NCBI GenBank assembly: GCA_003566775.1
Contig: PXBW01000215.1
Span: 3,529-67,528 of the forward strand
DNA from: a candidate division WS1 bacterium
GTDB lineage: Bacteria; Armatimonadota; Zipacnadia; Zipacnadales; UBA5352
DNA length: 64,000 nt
Direction of reading: 5' to 3'
This document shows, one piece after another, positions 1-8,740 of the stretch. The notes under the pieces are model-generated. The model worked only from the letters and a program-made list of their open reading frames with translations, was not told the origin of the DNA and ran no database searches. Position 1 is the first letter of the stretch, and each line of letters opens with the position of its first letter. A program made the translations under genes and the position numbers.

Positions 1-1551
1 GCCCTTGCACCCGAAGGGCAACAGGCGGCCGGAAGAGCGGAGGATGCGAGCGCGGGCGCGGTGCAGCTTCCCAAGCTCGACCTCTGTGTGATGAATCCTC
101 CGTTTACGCGCAGTGTGGGAGGTAACCTCCTGTTTGGTAGCCTGCCGGATGACCAGCGCGAGCAGATGCAGCAGCGTCTCCAGCGCCTCCGTGACAGGCA
201 CAACCTGCAGGCGAATATCACCGCGGGCCTTGGTTCCATCTTCGTGGCACTCGGTGACAGGTTTCTGAAGCCGGAAGGCCGCATGGCACTCGTTCTCCCG
301 AAGGCGCTGCTGAACGGTGTCTCGTGGGGCCCTACCCGCACACTACTGCAGAGTAATTATCATCTGGAGTATGTAGTGACCTCGCATGAACCCGATCATT
401 GGAACTTCTCGGAAAACACCGACCTGAGCGAGGTGCTGACCGTGGCACAGCGCGTGGCCTCTCGGACGGATACCGAGAATCCGTGTGAAGATCCGCCATC
501 ACGGACTACCTTTATTAACCTCTGGCAGAATCCCCGGAACTCAATCGAAGCCCTGACCATAGCCTCCGCCGTCCGGCAGTTCGACGGCCAGAATTCGTCA
601 GAGGGAAGCGACATCCGCAGCCGACGCATTCAGTCGGAGAGGACCGTGCTGGCGGAACTGCTCAGTGTGCCCGGCGATGTCGTCGCGCGGCAGCCACTGT
701 TCTACGGGGCATCTTACGCACAGACCTGTCTCGTCAGGGCCGTGTATGAGCTATGTGAAGGCCGACTTCGCATTCCAGGGAATCAACACAGTGCATCGAT
801 TCCGGTGTGCAAACTGGAAACGCTGATCGAATCGATCGGTCCGGACGCGCGTGATATCCACGACGGTTTTGAAATGAGTCCGGGCAGGAGCGAATTCCCT
901 GTCTTCTGGGGCCATGAAACGAGTCGCGTCACGACTGTCGCGCAGTCTCCCAACGCTTACTTGACCCCACTTTCTGAGCCCAAACCGGGACGCAATCTGC
1001 GCGACGCGAACTTGCTGTGGAGTCGGGCTGGTACGCTGATGCTCTGTGAGCGGCTACGGCTGAACCTTGTGCGAACTCCAGTGGTACGATTGGACAGAGA
1101 GGCGTTATCGAATGTCTGGTGGCCAATCTCACTCACGTCACACGATGACCGGCAATTGCACGAAAAGGCACTCACGCTCTGGCTCAACTCGACTATGGGT
1201 ATACTACTGCTGCTCGCTAACCGAACGGAGACGGAAGGAGCATGGGCGAAGTTCAAGAAACCGAACCTTGGGCGTATGCCCGTGCTGAACGTGGAGAACT
1301 TGAGCGAGGAGCAGTTGCGAATACTCGCTACTGCGTACGATACTCTCGCACATAAGGCTCTCGCGCCGCTGTCGGAGATGGCAGAGGACGCTGTTCGTAA
1401 AGAGATCGATCGGGCCTTTGAGGAGGTGCTTGACCTCCCATCTATCAGTCCGCTGCGCGAGGCGCTGTCCTGGGAGCCCGTAATGTGCCTGACGACAGAC
1501 CGGCTGATGGACAGGAAGCGACCCGACCCACAGGAACGGATGTACTTCTGA
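1..1551 (+). CDS. N6-adenine DNA methyltransferase domain protein, 5'-truncated by the window edge (restriction-modification or BREX-type enzyme, C-terminal ~500 aa)
   Basis: The reading frame is open from nt 1, with no stop before the listed GTG at 61. The motif DLCVMNPPF is a canonical gamma-class N6-adenine MTase motif IV (NPPF). It is followed by ~480 aa, consistent with the target-recognition/C-terminal region of a large type IIG/IIL/ISP or PglX-like enzyme. The N-terminal part, including the SAM-binding motif I, must lie upstream of the window. Confidence 0.55.
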   Translation, partial: ALAPEGQQAAGRAEDASAGAVQLPKLDLCVMNPPFTRSVGGNLLFGSLPDDQREQMQQRLQRLRDRHNLQANITAGLGSIFVALGDRFLKPEGRMALVLPKALLNGVSWGPTRTLLQSNYHLEYVVTSHEPDHWNFSENTDLSEVLTVAQRVASRTDTENPCEDPPSRTTFINLWQNPRNSIEALTIASAVRQFDGQNSSEGSDIRSRRIQSERTVLAELLSVPGDVVARQPLFYGASYAQTCLVRAVYELCEGRLRIPGNQHSASIPVCKLETLIESIGPDARDIHDGFEMSPGRSEFPVFWGHETSRVTTVAQSPNAYLTPLSEPKPGRNLRDANLLWSRAGTLMLCERLRLNLVRTPVVRLDREALSNVWWPISLTSHDDRQLHEKALTLWLNSTMGILLLLANRTETEGAWAKFKKPNLGRMPVLNVENLSEEQLRILATAYDTLAHKALAPLSEMAEDAVRKEIDRAFEEVLDLPSISPLREALSWEPVMCLTTDRLMDRKRPDPQERMYF

Positions 1552-1746
1552 TTCCATCCACATTATAGCGACCGCAGACACGCCAGACACAGCGCCCGAA
1601 ATGTGATATACTTAGACTACCAGCGCGTGCAGGTTCGGACGCATGGGGGCTGTGCGCAGACCAACTCTTTCATCGCGATTATCGCGCCTCCGACGGCTGC
1701 AACGCTAACGGGGGCGTAGTTTTATTCAGCAGGGAGACAGTCACGC

Positions 1747-4050
1747 ATGTCATTGCTCGAGAGACTCAACGAGGAACAGCGCGAGGCAGCCGAATGTGTC
1801 GAAGGGCCGGTGCTGATCTTCGCCGGCGCCGGGTCAGGCAAGACACGTGCGCTCACGTACCGAATCGCCCACATGATCGGCAACTGCGGCATCGATCCGC
1901 GCGAGATACTCGCCGTGACCTTCACCAATAAGGCCGCCAACGAGATGCGGGAGCGGATCGAGAGCCTCGTGGGGGAGAAAGCGAAGGGCATCTGGGTGGG
2001 AACCTTTCACTCCGTCTGCGCCCGCATCCTGCGGGTCGACGGCGAGCGCATAGGTGTGCCGCCGGAATACTCCATCTTCGATGAGGGTGATCAGAGTTCG
2101 ATCGTGAAGGAGATTCGCGCCCGCGTCGATGTCAGCATACCTGAGAGCGACCGCTGCTCCGATCGCACGAACAACGATATCCTCTGGGCGATCAGTGACG
2201 CGAAGAACCAGCTTATGACCGTGGACGATTACCGCCGCACGGCGAAGGGGCGCTGGGAGCGCCTGGTCGCGCGGATATACTCGGGCTATCAGCGCGAGCT
2301 TGAGCGCAACAATGCGCTGGACTTCGACGACCTCATCATGAAGGCGGTCGCGCTGCTCGACGAGCACGATGAGGTGAGGGAGAAGTACCAGCAGCGCTTT
2401 CGCTACGTGCTGGTCGATGAGTACCAGGACATTAACCACGCGCAGTTCCGCCTTGTGGAGTTGATCGCACAGGAGCATGGGAATCTCTGCGTTGTCGGCG
2501 ATGACGATCAGTCGATCTACGGCTGGCGCGGCGCGGACGTAGGGATCATCCTCGAGTTCCAGGAGCACTTTCCCGATGCAGAGGTCGTCAAGCTCGAGCG
2601 CAACTACCGTTCAACCGGCAAGATCATTGAGGCCGCCAACTGCGTCATCGAGCAGAATGAGAATCGAGCGGAGAAAGCGCTCTGGACTGCTAACCCTCCC
2701 GGCGACAACATAGTGGTGTACCAGGCGATCAACGAGGAGGAGGAGGCTGAGTGGGTCGCACAGACGATTGAGACGCAGGTGCGCGCGGGCTATGCGCGCT
2801 ACGGCGACTACGCGATCCTCTACCGAGTGAACGCCGCCTCACGGAACTTCGAGCAGGCGCTCTCGGCGCGTCAGATCCCCTATCAGATCGTCGGCGGTCT
2901 GCGCTTCTTCGAGCGGGCTGAGATCAAAAACGCTCTGGCCTACCTGCGCGCCGTGCACAATACCGCCGACAACCTCGCGCTGCGCAGGATCATCAACACG
3001 CCCACGCGCGGCATAGGTGCGGCGACGATCGAGGAAGTCACACGGGTATCCGAGCGCGACGACGTCTCGCTCTACCAGGCCTGCCGCATCTTCGCCGCCG
3101 ACGAAGATCAGCGAACGCGGGCGCGCCGCGCGGTCGAGGATTTCTTCGACATGATGATGTTGCTGCGCCAGGACGCTGAGCAGGGCTCTCTGCGCGGTCT
3201 TGTGCGCGCGGTGGTCGAGAATACGGGCCTTATCGCGAAGCTGAGGGATTCGGGCAAGGCCGAGGACGCGATGCGCGTGGAGAACCTGCAGGAATTCGTC
3301 ACGGTAGCGGCATCGTTCGAGCGGCGCAACCCGGACGCGGGCCTGCAGGAGTTTCTCGAGCATATCGCGCTGATCTCGGACATCGACGAGGCGGATGAAC
3401 TGACGGGATCAGTCTCGTTGATGACGCTGCATTCGGCGAAGGGCCTCGAGTTTCCGGTGGTGTTCATGGTGTCGATGGAGGAGGGGATCTTCCCGCACCA
3501 GCGCTCTATCGGCACCGGAGACGCGCGTGAGATCGAGGAGGAACGCCGCCTTGCCTATGTCGGCATGACCCGGGCGGAGAAGCTGCTCTACCTCAGCCAC
3601 GCCTTCCACCGCACGATCTACGGTGAGACTCGCCGCCAGCGCCCGTCTCGGTTTCTCAGTGACCTGCCGGAGGAGTTGCTCGATCGTCGTGAGCGCTACG
3701 GAGGCACCACACAGCCGCGGATGCTCGATGATGGTGACCGGGTACTGGAGGAGCCGACCGGCGGGCGGAAGATCGACGTCTCCTCTATTCTGCAGAAAGC
3801 GCGGGACCGTAAGGGTGGCGCCTCGAATCCCTCGCGCGAGCCCGCGGCACAGAGCAAGAGTGACGATAAGCGCGCTTCTGCGAGCGAAGCGTGGAAGGCC
3901 GGTGAGAAGGTGCGCCATCCGAGGTTCGGGGATGGGATCGTCGTCTCCGCGGAGAAGACCGCCGGTGACTGCAAAGTCACCGTCGCTTTCAAGAACGGTG
4001 GAGGCGTGAAGAAGCTGCTCGCGAGCGTTGCGGGGCTGGAGAAGATGTGA
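1747..4050 (+). CDS. uvrD: ATP-dependent DNA helicase UvrD/PcrA (superfamily 1A)
   Basis: Walker A FAGAGSGKT near the N-terminus, TFHS, and DEYQD (motif II). It is 767 aa and has a UvrD-type C-terminal tail ending in a small Tudor-like beta domain (GDGIVVS...KVTVAFKNGG). An AGGGAG RBS lies 9 nt upstream of the ATG. Confidence 0.9.
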   Translation: MSLLERLNEEQREAAECVEGPVLIFAGAGSGKTRALTYRIAHMIGNCGIDPREILAVTFTNKAANEMRERIESLVGEKAKGIWVGTFHSVCARILRVDGERIGVPPEYSIFDEGDQSSIVKEIRARVDVSIPESDRCSDRTNNDILWAISDAKNQLMTVDDYRRTAKGRWERLVARIYSGYQRELERNNALDFDDLIMKAVALLDEHDEVREKYQQRFRYVLVDEYQDINHAQFRLVELIAQEHGNLCVVGDDDQSIYGWRGADVGIILEFQEHFPDAEVVKLERNYRSTGKIIEAANCVIEQNENRAEKALWTANPPGDNIVVYQAINEEEEAEWVAQTIETQVRAGYARYGDYAILYRVNAASRNFEQALSARQIPYQIVGGLRFFERAEIKNALAYLRAVHNTADNLALRRIINTPTRGIGAATIEEVTRVSERDDVSLYQACRIFAADEDQRTRARRAVEDFFDMMMLLRQDAEQGSLRGLVRAVVENTGLIAKLRDSGKAEDAMRVENLQEFVTVAASFERRNPDAGLQEFLEHIALISDIDEADELTGSVSLMTLHSAKGLEFPVVFMVSMEEGIFPHQRSIGTGDAREIEEERRLAYVGMTRAEKLLYLSHAFHRTIYGETRRQRPSRFLSDLPEELLDRRERYGGTTQPRMLDDGDRVLEEPTGGRKIDVSSILQKARDRKGGASNPSREPAAQSKSDDKRASASEAWKAGEKVRHPRFGDGIVVSAEKTAGDCKVTVAFKNGGGVKKLLASVAGLEKM

Positions 4051-4167
4051 GGTCGAACGAACTCCCGCGAGGATTCCGGGGGCTGCGTTCGTACGCGGTC
4101 TATCGTCCGGAGCGGGCTTGAATCCACAGGCAGGTTACTCGCCGCCGCCGTGGAATCCCTCTAATGG

Positions 4168-5538
4168 GTGCGAACCGTCCTCGTAGCTGTGACCGTCGAT
4201 CATCGGAGGCGAGGCATCATGCTCAGCGCTGAGACGCTCGTGAAGCTCGCGAAGCAAGAGATCACTCAACTGACCGAGGAGGGCTGTGACACCACCGTCC
4301 TCGAGGAGGAGTTGGAGGCGCTTGCGGGTGCGCGCGAGCAGCACCTGCGGGAGCGTCTGACCGATTTCTTCGAGATTGCGAGGCGGCTTCGTCCCGATCC
4401 GCACTTCCCCTACCGCGAGCCCTCGGACCTCGACGGGATTCGCGAGACGCGGCCGGATGCCGAGCGCTGGACCGGTGATGTCGATGAGGGCTGGCTGCAC
4501 GACCGCCTCACCGGAGCGTGGCTCGGACGCTGCATCGGCTGCATGATCGGGAAGCCTGTTGAGGGGAAGGGGCGCGATGAGATCGAGGCGATCCTGCGTA
4601 CGACGAAGAGCTATCCGCTTGATGGATACTTCACCGCGGTCGAGGCTCTGCCGGATGGCCTCGCCTACAAGCCCGGGTCGGAATCGTGCCTCATACCGAA
4701 TATCGACCGCGCAGTACGCGACGATGACACGGATTACACCGTGCTTGGACTCATCCTGATGGAGCAGCACGGGCGGGGTCTGTCGTCAGAGCATGTGGTA
4801 ATGGAGTGGCTGCGACGCCTGCCCTTCATGCGCACCTACACTGCCGAGCGAGCGGCGATGCGCAACTTCGTCAACGAGTTGGCGCCGCCTGAATCGGCAC
4901 GATGGATGAACCCTTACCGCGAGTGGATCGGTGCGCAGATACGTCCGGACGGCATCGCATACTGTGTGCCGGGACAGCCGACGCTGGCCGCGAAACTCTG
5001 CCATCGCGACGCACGTATCTCGCACACGAAGAACGGCATCTACGGCGAGATGCTCTTCGGGGCCCTGATCTCCGCAGCGCTCTGTGCCGGGGATCTCGAA
5101 GCCTGTATCCTGCGCGCGCTGGCGGAGATTCCAAGGGACTCTCGTCTCGCTGAAGCGGTTAACCGCTGCATCAGATGGTGTGCGGATGATACTTCGTGGG
5201 AGCAGACGTGGAAGCGGATAATACAGCACTACGGGCATTACCATCCGGTGCATACGATCAACAACGCGCTGCTGTGTATCATGGGACTGTTGCACGGTGG
5301 TGGAGATATGCGCCGGTCGGTGACGATCGCGGTGATGGGCGGCCTCGACACCGACTGCAACGGGGCGACGGTCGGTTCGGTGATGGGTGCTCTCCTCGGC
5401 GCGGCGGGGGTGCCCGACGATCTCGCCGCACCGTTGAACAACACGCTGGAGACCGGACTCTCGGGGATAGCTCGTCTGCAGATCACCCACCTGATCGACC
5501 GCTCGGTAGCCGCAGGCAAGGATGTACCGGCGGGCTAG
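4168..5538 (+). CDS. ADP-ribosylglycohydrolase (ARH/DraG) family protein with ~100 aa N-terminal extension
   Basis: C-terminal motif GGLDTDCNGATVGSVMGALLGAAG matches the ARH signature GGDTD-x-N-x-A-x-x-G-x-x-x-GA. A central DDDTDYT acidic motif and a G-rich N-proximal motif (WLGRCIGCMIGKPVEG) are also present. The true start may be the internal Met at ~4219 (MLSAETL). Confidence 0.65.
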   Translation: MRTVLVAVTVDHRRRGIMLSAETLVKLAKQEITQLTEEGCDTTVLEEELEALAGAREQHLRERLTDFFEIARRLRPDPHFPYREPSDLDGIRETRPDAERWTGDVDEGWLHDRLTGAWLGRCIGCMIGKPVEGKGRDEIEAILRTTKSYPLDGYFTAVEALPDGLAYKPGSESCLIPNIDRAVRDDDTDYTVLGLILMEQHGRGLSSEHVVMEWLRRLPFMRTYTAERAAMRNFVNELAPPESARWMNPYREWIGAQIRPDGIAYCVPGQPTLAAKLCHRDARISHTKNGIYGEMLFGALISAALCAGDLEACILRALAEIPRDSRLAEAVNRCIRWCADDTSWEQTWKRIIQHYGHYHPVHTINNALLCIMGLLHGGGDMRRSVTIAVMGGLDTDCNGATVGSVMGALLGAAGVPDDLAAPLNNTLETGLSGIARLQITHLIDRSVAAGKDVPAG

Positions 5539-5602
5539 ACGATCAAGCTTTGCGTTGCTACGACAGACCGGCGGCACGAGCGGGGTACAGCTTCGGCGCC
5601 GC

Positions 5603-6322
5603 TCAGCCTCCGAGCAGTTGCATCAGTGGCTCCAGCACGTGGGGGAACCACCAATCGTGGTAGAGGAACTGGACACGCCCGATCAACAGAGAGACGCGCG
5701 CCATCACCGTATTACCGAACCCCGCGCCGAATGCTACCATCAGGAAGAATATTCCGACTGTTGAGACGGCACCGAGCGCTCCCCTGTGCTCGCGGGAGAA
5801 GTAGAAGTACGCGAGAGTACACACGACGCCGGTCACCAGGAGAAAGTTGCTCACAGCGGTCCAGGCGTTGATCTCAACTCCGGGCCAGATCGGCAGCAGG
5901 GTAGCGTGAAGCTGCGGCAGGAGAAAGCCCTGTACCGAAGATGGAATCGTCAGACCCGAATACAGGCCCATTACGAAGGCGATCGGCCAGCGCGAGAGCC
6001 AGTCGTAGCGGGGGACGAAGCGGCTGAACATCAGCAGGCCGAGCACACCGGGGACGAGCACCACGTAGTTGGGCGCCTCCAGTCCGGCCTGCTCGGGACG
6101 GAAGAGTGGGTTGATCAGCAGAGGGATCACCGCTTCGTGCCAGGTGATGACCACGCCATAGCCCGCCGAGATCCCCACGAATATGTGCTCCGCCAGCTTG
6201 TACACGGGGTTATCCTGGTACAGGAAGCTGAAGATCGCCAGCGTCAGGAATGCGGCCAGCCAGACGCCTATGATCTCTACGGAGACTCCGAAGATTTCAG
6301 TTGCCGGCAGTACCTCTGGCAT
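5603..6322 (-). CDS. polytopic integral membrane protein (at least 6 predicted TM helices), function unknown
   Basis: 239 aa and highly hydrophobic with repeated ~20 aa apolar stretches (VSVEIIGVWLAAFLTLAIFSFLY, FVGISAGYGVVITW, YVVLVPGVLGLLMF...). It is the last gene of a co-directional 7-gene cluster. Confidence 0.5.
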   Translation of the reverse strand: MPEVLPATEIFGVSVEIIGVWLAAFLTLAIFSFLYQDNPVYKLAEHIFVGISAGYGVVITWHEAVIPLLINPLFRPEQAGLEAPNYVVLVPGVLGLLMFSRFVPRYDWLSRWPIAFVMGLYSGLTIPSSVQGFLLPQLHATLLPIWPGVEINAWTAVSNFLLVTGVVCTLAYFYFSREHRGALGAVSTVGIFFLMVAFGAGFGNTVMARVSLLIGRVQFLYHDWWFPHVLEPLMQLLGG

Positions 6323-6408
6323 GATACCTCTACGTTTGCGGCCCTGTTGCGTTGGTAGTCATCTCTGCGACAGCCGTCCACGGTCGCTTGCCGTCCGCAG
6401 CTTCCGGC

Positions 6409-7125
6409 TCACTTTCTTATCTCCAGCCACCAGCCCACGTCCGGCTCAGTGATGAGGCGGTGCTGTTCGATCCCGGCCTCGCGCGCCAGATCGACCATGC
6501 CCTCGCCGGGTCCGTCCCAGCCCTCGGGCGGCTCCCAATCGGTGAGACGATTCTCCACGAGTCGCTGCCTGATCTCCGGATCGAGCATGGTTCCGAAGCC
6601 GCCGTGTCCGACGTAGGCCACGCCGCCGGGCTTGAGTACGCGATAGACCTCGCGCATGAACTGCACCTGGTCGGGAACGAATGGGATTACCGCGCGGCTG
6701 AAGATGAAGTCGGCGAAGTTATCTCGAAGCGGCATGTCCAGCGCGTCTGCCTCAAGCGGTATCACGCGTCCCGTAAGTCCGGCTTCGTCCACCATCACCC
6801 CGCAGAGGCGAATTGCCCAGGGATCGATGTCGAGGTTATAGACGGTCATATCGGTGTGCACCGCCAATGCCATCGAGAGCGCGCCGGCGTTTCCGCCTAT
6901 CTCGACTGCGACACCCTCATCGAGGTCGTACTCCTGTACCATCTGGCGTGCCAGCGGGTCGTACATGGGCGCGCGCGAGCCGAACATCGTGCGATGGAAC
7001 GGCACCTTCTCCTTGAGCATCTCTATATAGTCATCGGCGGGAGCAGAAGGTGCGAACTGAAAGACGAAAGTTGCGCAGATAGCTGCCAGTGCGATGGATC
7101 GGATTCGATTTCTCATATCAGTCAC
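6409..7125 (-). CDS. class I SAM-dependent methyltransferase with N-terminal signal peptide (predicted exported)
   Basis: N-terminus MTDMRNRIRSIALAAICATFVFQFAPSAPA is a signal peptide with an A-x-A cleavage site. It is followed by VAVEIGGNAGALS (glycine-rich SAM-binding motif I), an acidic post-I motif (YNLDIDP), and LKPGGVAYV (motif III-like). Confidence 0.55.
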   Translation of the reverse strand: MTDMRNRIRSIALAAICATFVFQFAPSAPADDYIEMLKEKVPFHRTMFGSRAPMYDPLARQMVQEYDLDEGVAVEIGGNAGALSMALAVHTDMTVYNLDIDPWAIRLCGVMVDEAGLTGRVIPLEADALDMPLRDNFADFIFSRAVIPFVPDQVQFMREVYRVLKPGGVAYVGHGGFGTMLDPEIRQRLVENRLTDWEPPEGWDGPGEGMVDLAREAGIEQHRLITEPDVGWWLEIRK

Positions 7126-7166
7126 CTTGCAAGCGATTCATGGTGGAAATGACGGCTACTGTGTGA

Positions 7167-8003
7167 TCATCTTCGTCGATGTCGCCCGGAGGCGAAGTAA
7201 GCTATGTTGCCCACGATGACCAGCACGATTATGAGCAGATGTGCGATGGCCTGTGCGGACATACCGAGCATGCCGGGAGCCTCAACCGGATCGAGGTCGA
7301 GCAGAAGCTCGTACTCGGCGGCGCCCTTGAGTCCGTTGATCAGGCCGATCAGTTGCCCGGACTGCAGATAGGGGTAGAGGTCGGTTGCCATGACGGCCGT
7401 TATCCCGGCCGCAATCTCCTGATTGTAACGCTCGCCGGCGAACGCGATCCAGGAGAAGGGCAGGTTACCCGCGGCAAAATCAACGAGCAGTGCGATGTCA
7501 TCATAATTCCTGACGCCTTCCATCACCGGAAGGTCGGCGGTTCTACGCCCGTCCGGCGTGTTCGGATACACTCTCGTGATACTCTCCCCCATCCCGAGGA
7601 TCACCTGCGAGCCCCCGGGCATGAATCCGAGGTGCACGAAGTCCACGCCATCTTCGGCATCGAGTTCGTGCGCGAGTTCGGCGAGCACCTCGCGCCCCAG
7701 CGCCGTGCCCTGCGGGTTGAGGGAGACGCTGAGCACTCGTATCTCCCGCTGAAGCAGGTGCCTGACCACCGCGTAGGCCTGCGGATGGAGTTCAGGCATG
7801 CTTGATGGGCTGTAATCGAAGGCCACCATCACGACGTCGCCCGGTTCAAGGTCCTCGACGAACTGGAAGAGCCGCACGGTCGGGGGCGCCGGTCTGCCCT
7901 GAGGCAGGGCGTAGCCGGTGATGATAGGAATCGCCACCGCGAGCGCGATGCCCAAAAATATCCAGCGTCGGTCGAGTTCGAGCAGCCGGTCCCAGAGTGT
8001 CAC
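7167..8003 (-). CDS. membrane-anchored protein (N- and C-terminal TM helices), function unknown
   Basis: N-terminal TM helix (WIFLGIALAVAIPIITGYAL) and C-terminal TM helix (IAHLLIIVLVIVGNIAYF). Its start overlaps the upstream gene's stop (8000-8003), indicating translational coupling. Confidence 0.45.
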   Translation of the reverse strand: MTLWDRLLELDRRWIFLGIALAVAIPIITGYALPQGRPAPPTVRLFQFVEDLEPGDVVMVAFDYSPSSMPELHPQAYAVVRHLLQREIRVLSVSLNPQGTALGREVLAELAHELDAEDGVDFVHLGFMPGGSQVILGMGESITRVYPNTPDGRRTADLPVMEGVRNYDDIALLVDFAAGNLPFSWIAFAGERYNQEIAAGITAVMATDLYPYLQSGQLIGLINGLKGAAEYELLLDLDPVEAPGMLGMSAQAIAHLLIIVLVIVGNIAYFASGRHRRR

Positions 8004-8701
8004 GGGCCACCACCTCCGCCGCCGCCAAGATGGGAACGTTCAATACCCAGCAGTATGCGCAGAGCCGTGGCAATGGAGCCGAGGGAGACGCCGAAGATGA
8101 TGCCACGCTTCGCGGCATTGGTCGGGAAATCCATGATCCACTCGGATACGTCCGGCATTACCGCGTGCATCCACAGACCGGGGCGGGTCTCTCCCAGCAC
8201 AACGATCAGCGTCTCCGGCACGCGCCCGAGCATCACCACGATCGCGGCCACCAGCAACAGAGTCGCTTCCGTCGAGCGCGCCCGGAAGGTCCGAAATGCC
8301 GCGGACGCGATGAAGAATGCCAGCAGCGAGAACATCGTCGCATCGAGCGGAACCTGCACGTGGCGGAATATCCAGTCGAAGCCAGTGCCACGCTCATGCC
8401 CCCAGCCTATGCCAACGACCACCATCAGGACAAAGGAGGCGATCGCCACCGCCGAGTACGGCCAGTCCTCGCGCTGCCGGCGTATCTTCTCCACGTGCGT
8501 CCGCAGCAGGCTCTGGATGCCCAGTACGAGGGCGAAGGCGGCGACGATTCGCCCCCAGTTGAGAAGTTCGTTGTACACGGTGACACCGAGTTCGTGGGGC
8601 ACGAACCACTGCACGGCCATGAACAGGCCGGCCAGAAAGGTTATCACCAGCGGTATCTGCAATCGCATAGTTGTGCAATCAGTTCCTGACTGTGTGGTCA
8701 A
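8000..8701 (-). CDS. polytopic membrane protein with C-terminal poly-Gly tail, function unknown
   Basis: Multiple hydrophobic helices (LVITFLAGLFMAVQWF, IVAAFALVLGIQSLL, IASFVLMVVVGIGW, LLLVAAIVVMLG, IIFGVSLGSIATALRILLGI). It ends in HLGGGGGGGP. Confidence 0.45.
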   Translation of the reverse strand: MTTQSGTDCTTMRLQIPLVITFLAGLFMAVQWFVPHELGVTVYNELLNWGRIVAAFALVLGIQSLLRTHVEKIRRQREDWPYSAVAIASFVLMVVVGIGWGHERGTGFDWIFRHVQVPLDATMFSLLAFFIASAAFRTFRARSTEATLLLVAAIVVMLGRVPETLIVVLGETRPGLWMHAVMPDVSEWIMDFPTNAAKRGIIFGVSLGSIATALRILLGIERSHLGGGGGGGP

Positions 8702-8740
8702 GCGTTGGCGAACTGTCTGTTAGATTCGCAGAGGCGCTTA

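Noticed and set aside
1747-4050. UvrD helicase as a dedicated defence-system helicase
   Set aside because: The domain organisation and length match housekeeping PcrA/UvrD (767 aa with C-terminal Tudor-like domain); no nuclease fusion or other defence signature is present. The defence-island idea rests only on the truncated MTase.
4135-4770. 211 aa minus-strand ORF opposite the ADP-ribosylglycohydrolase gene
   Set aside because: It is antisense to a gene with clear family motifs and has no motifs of its own.
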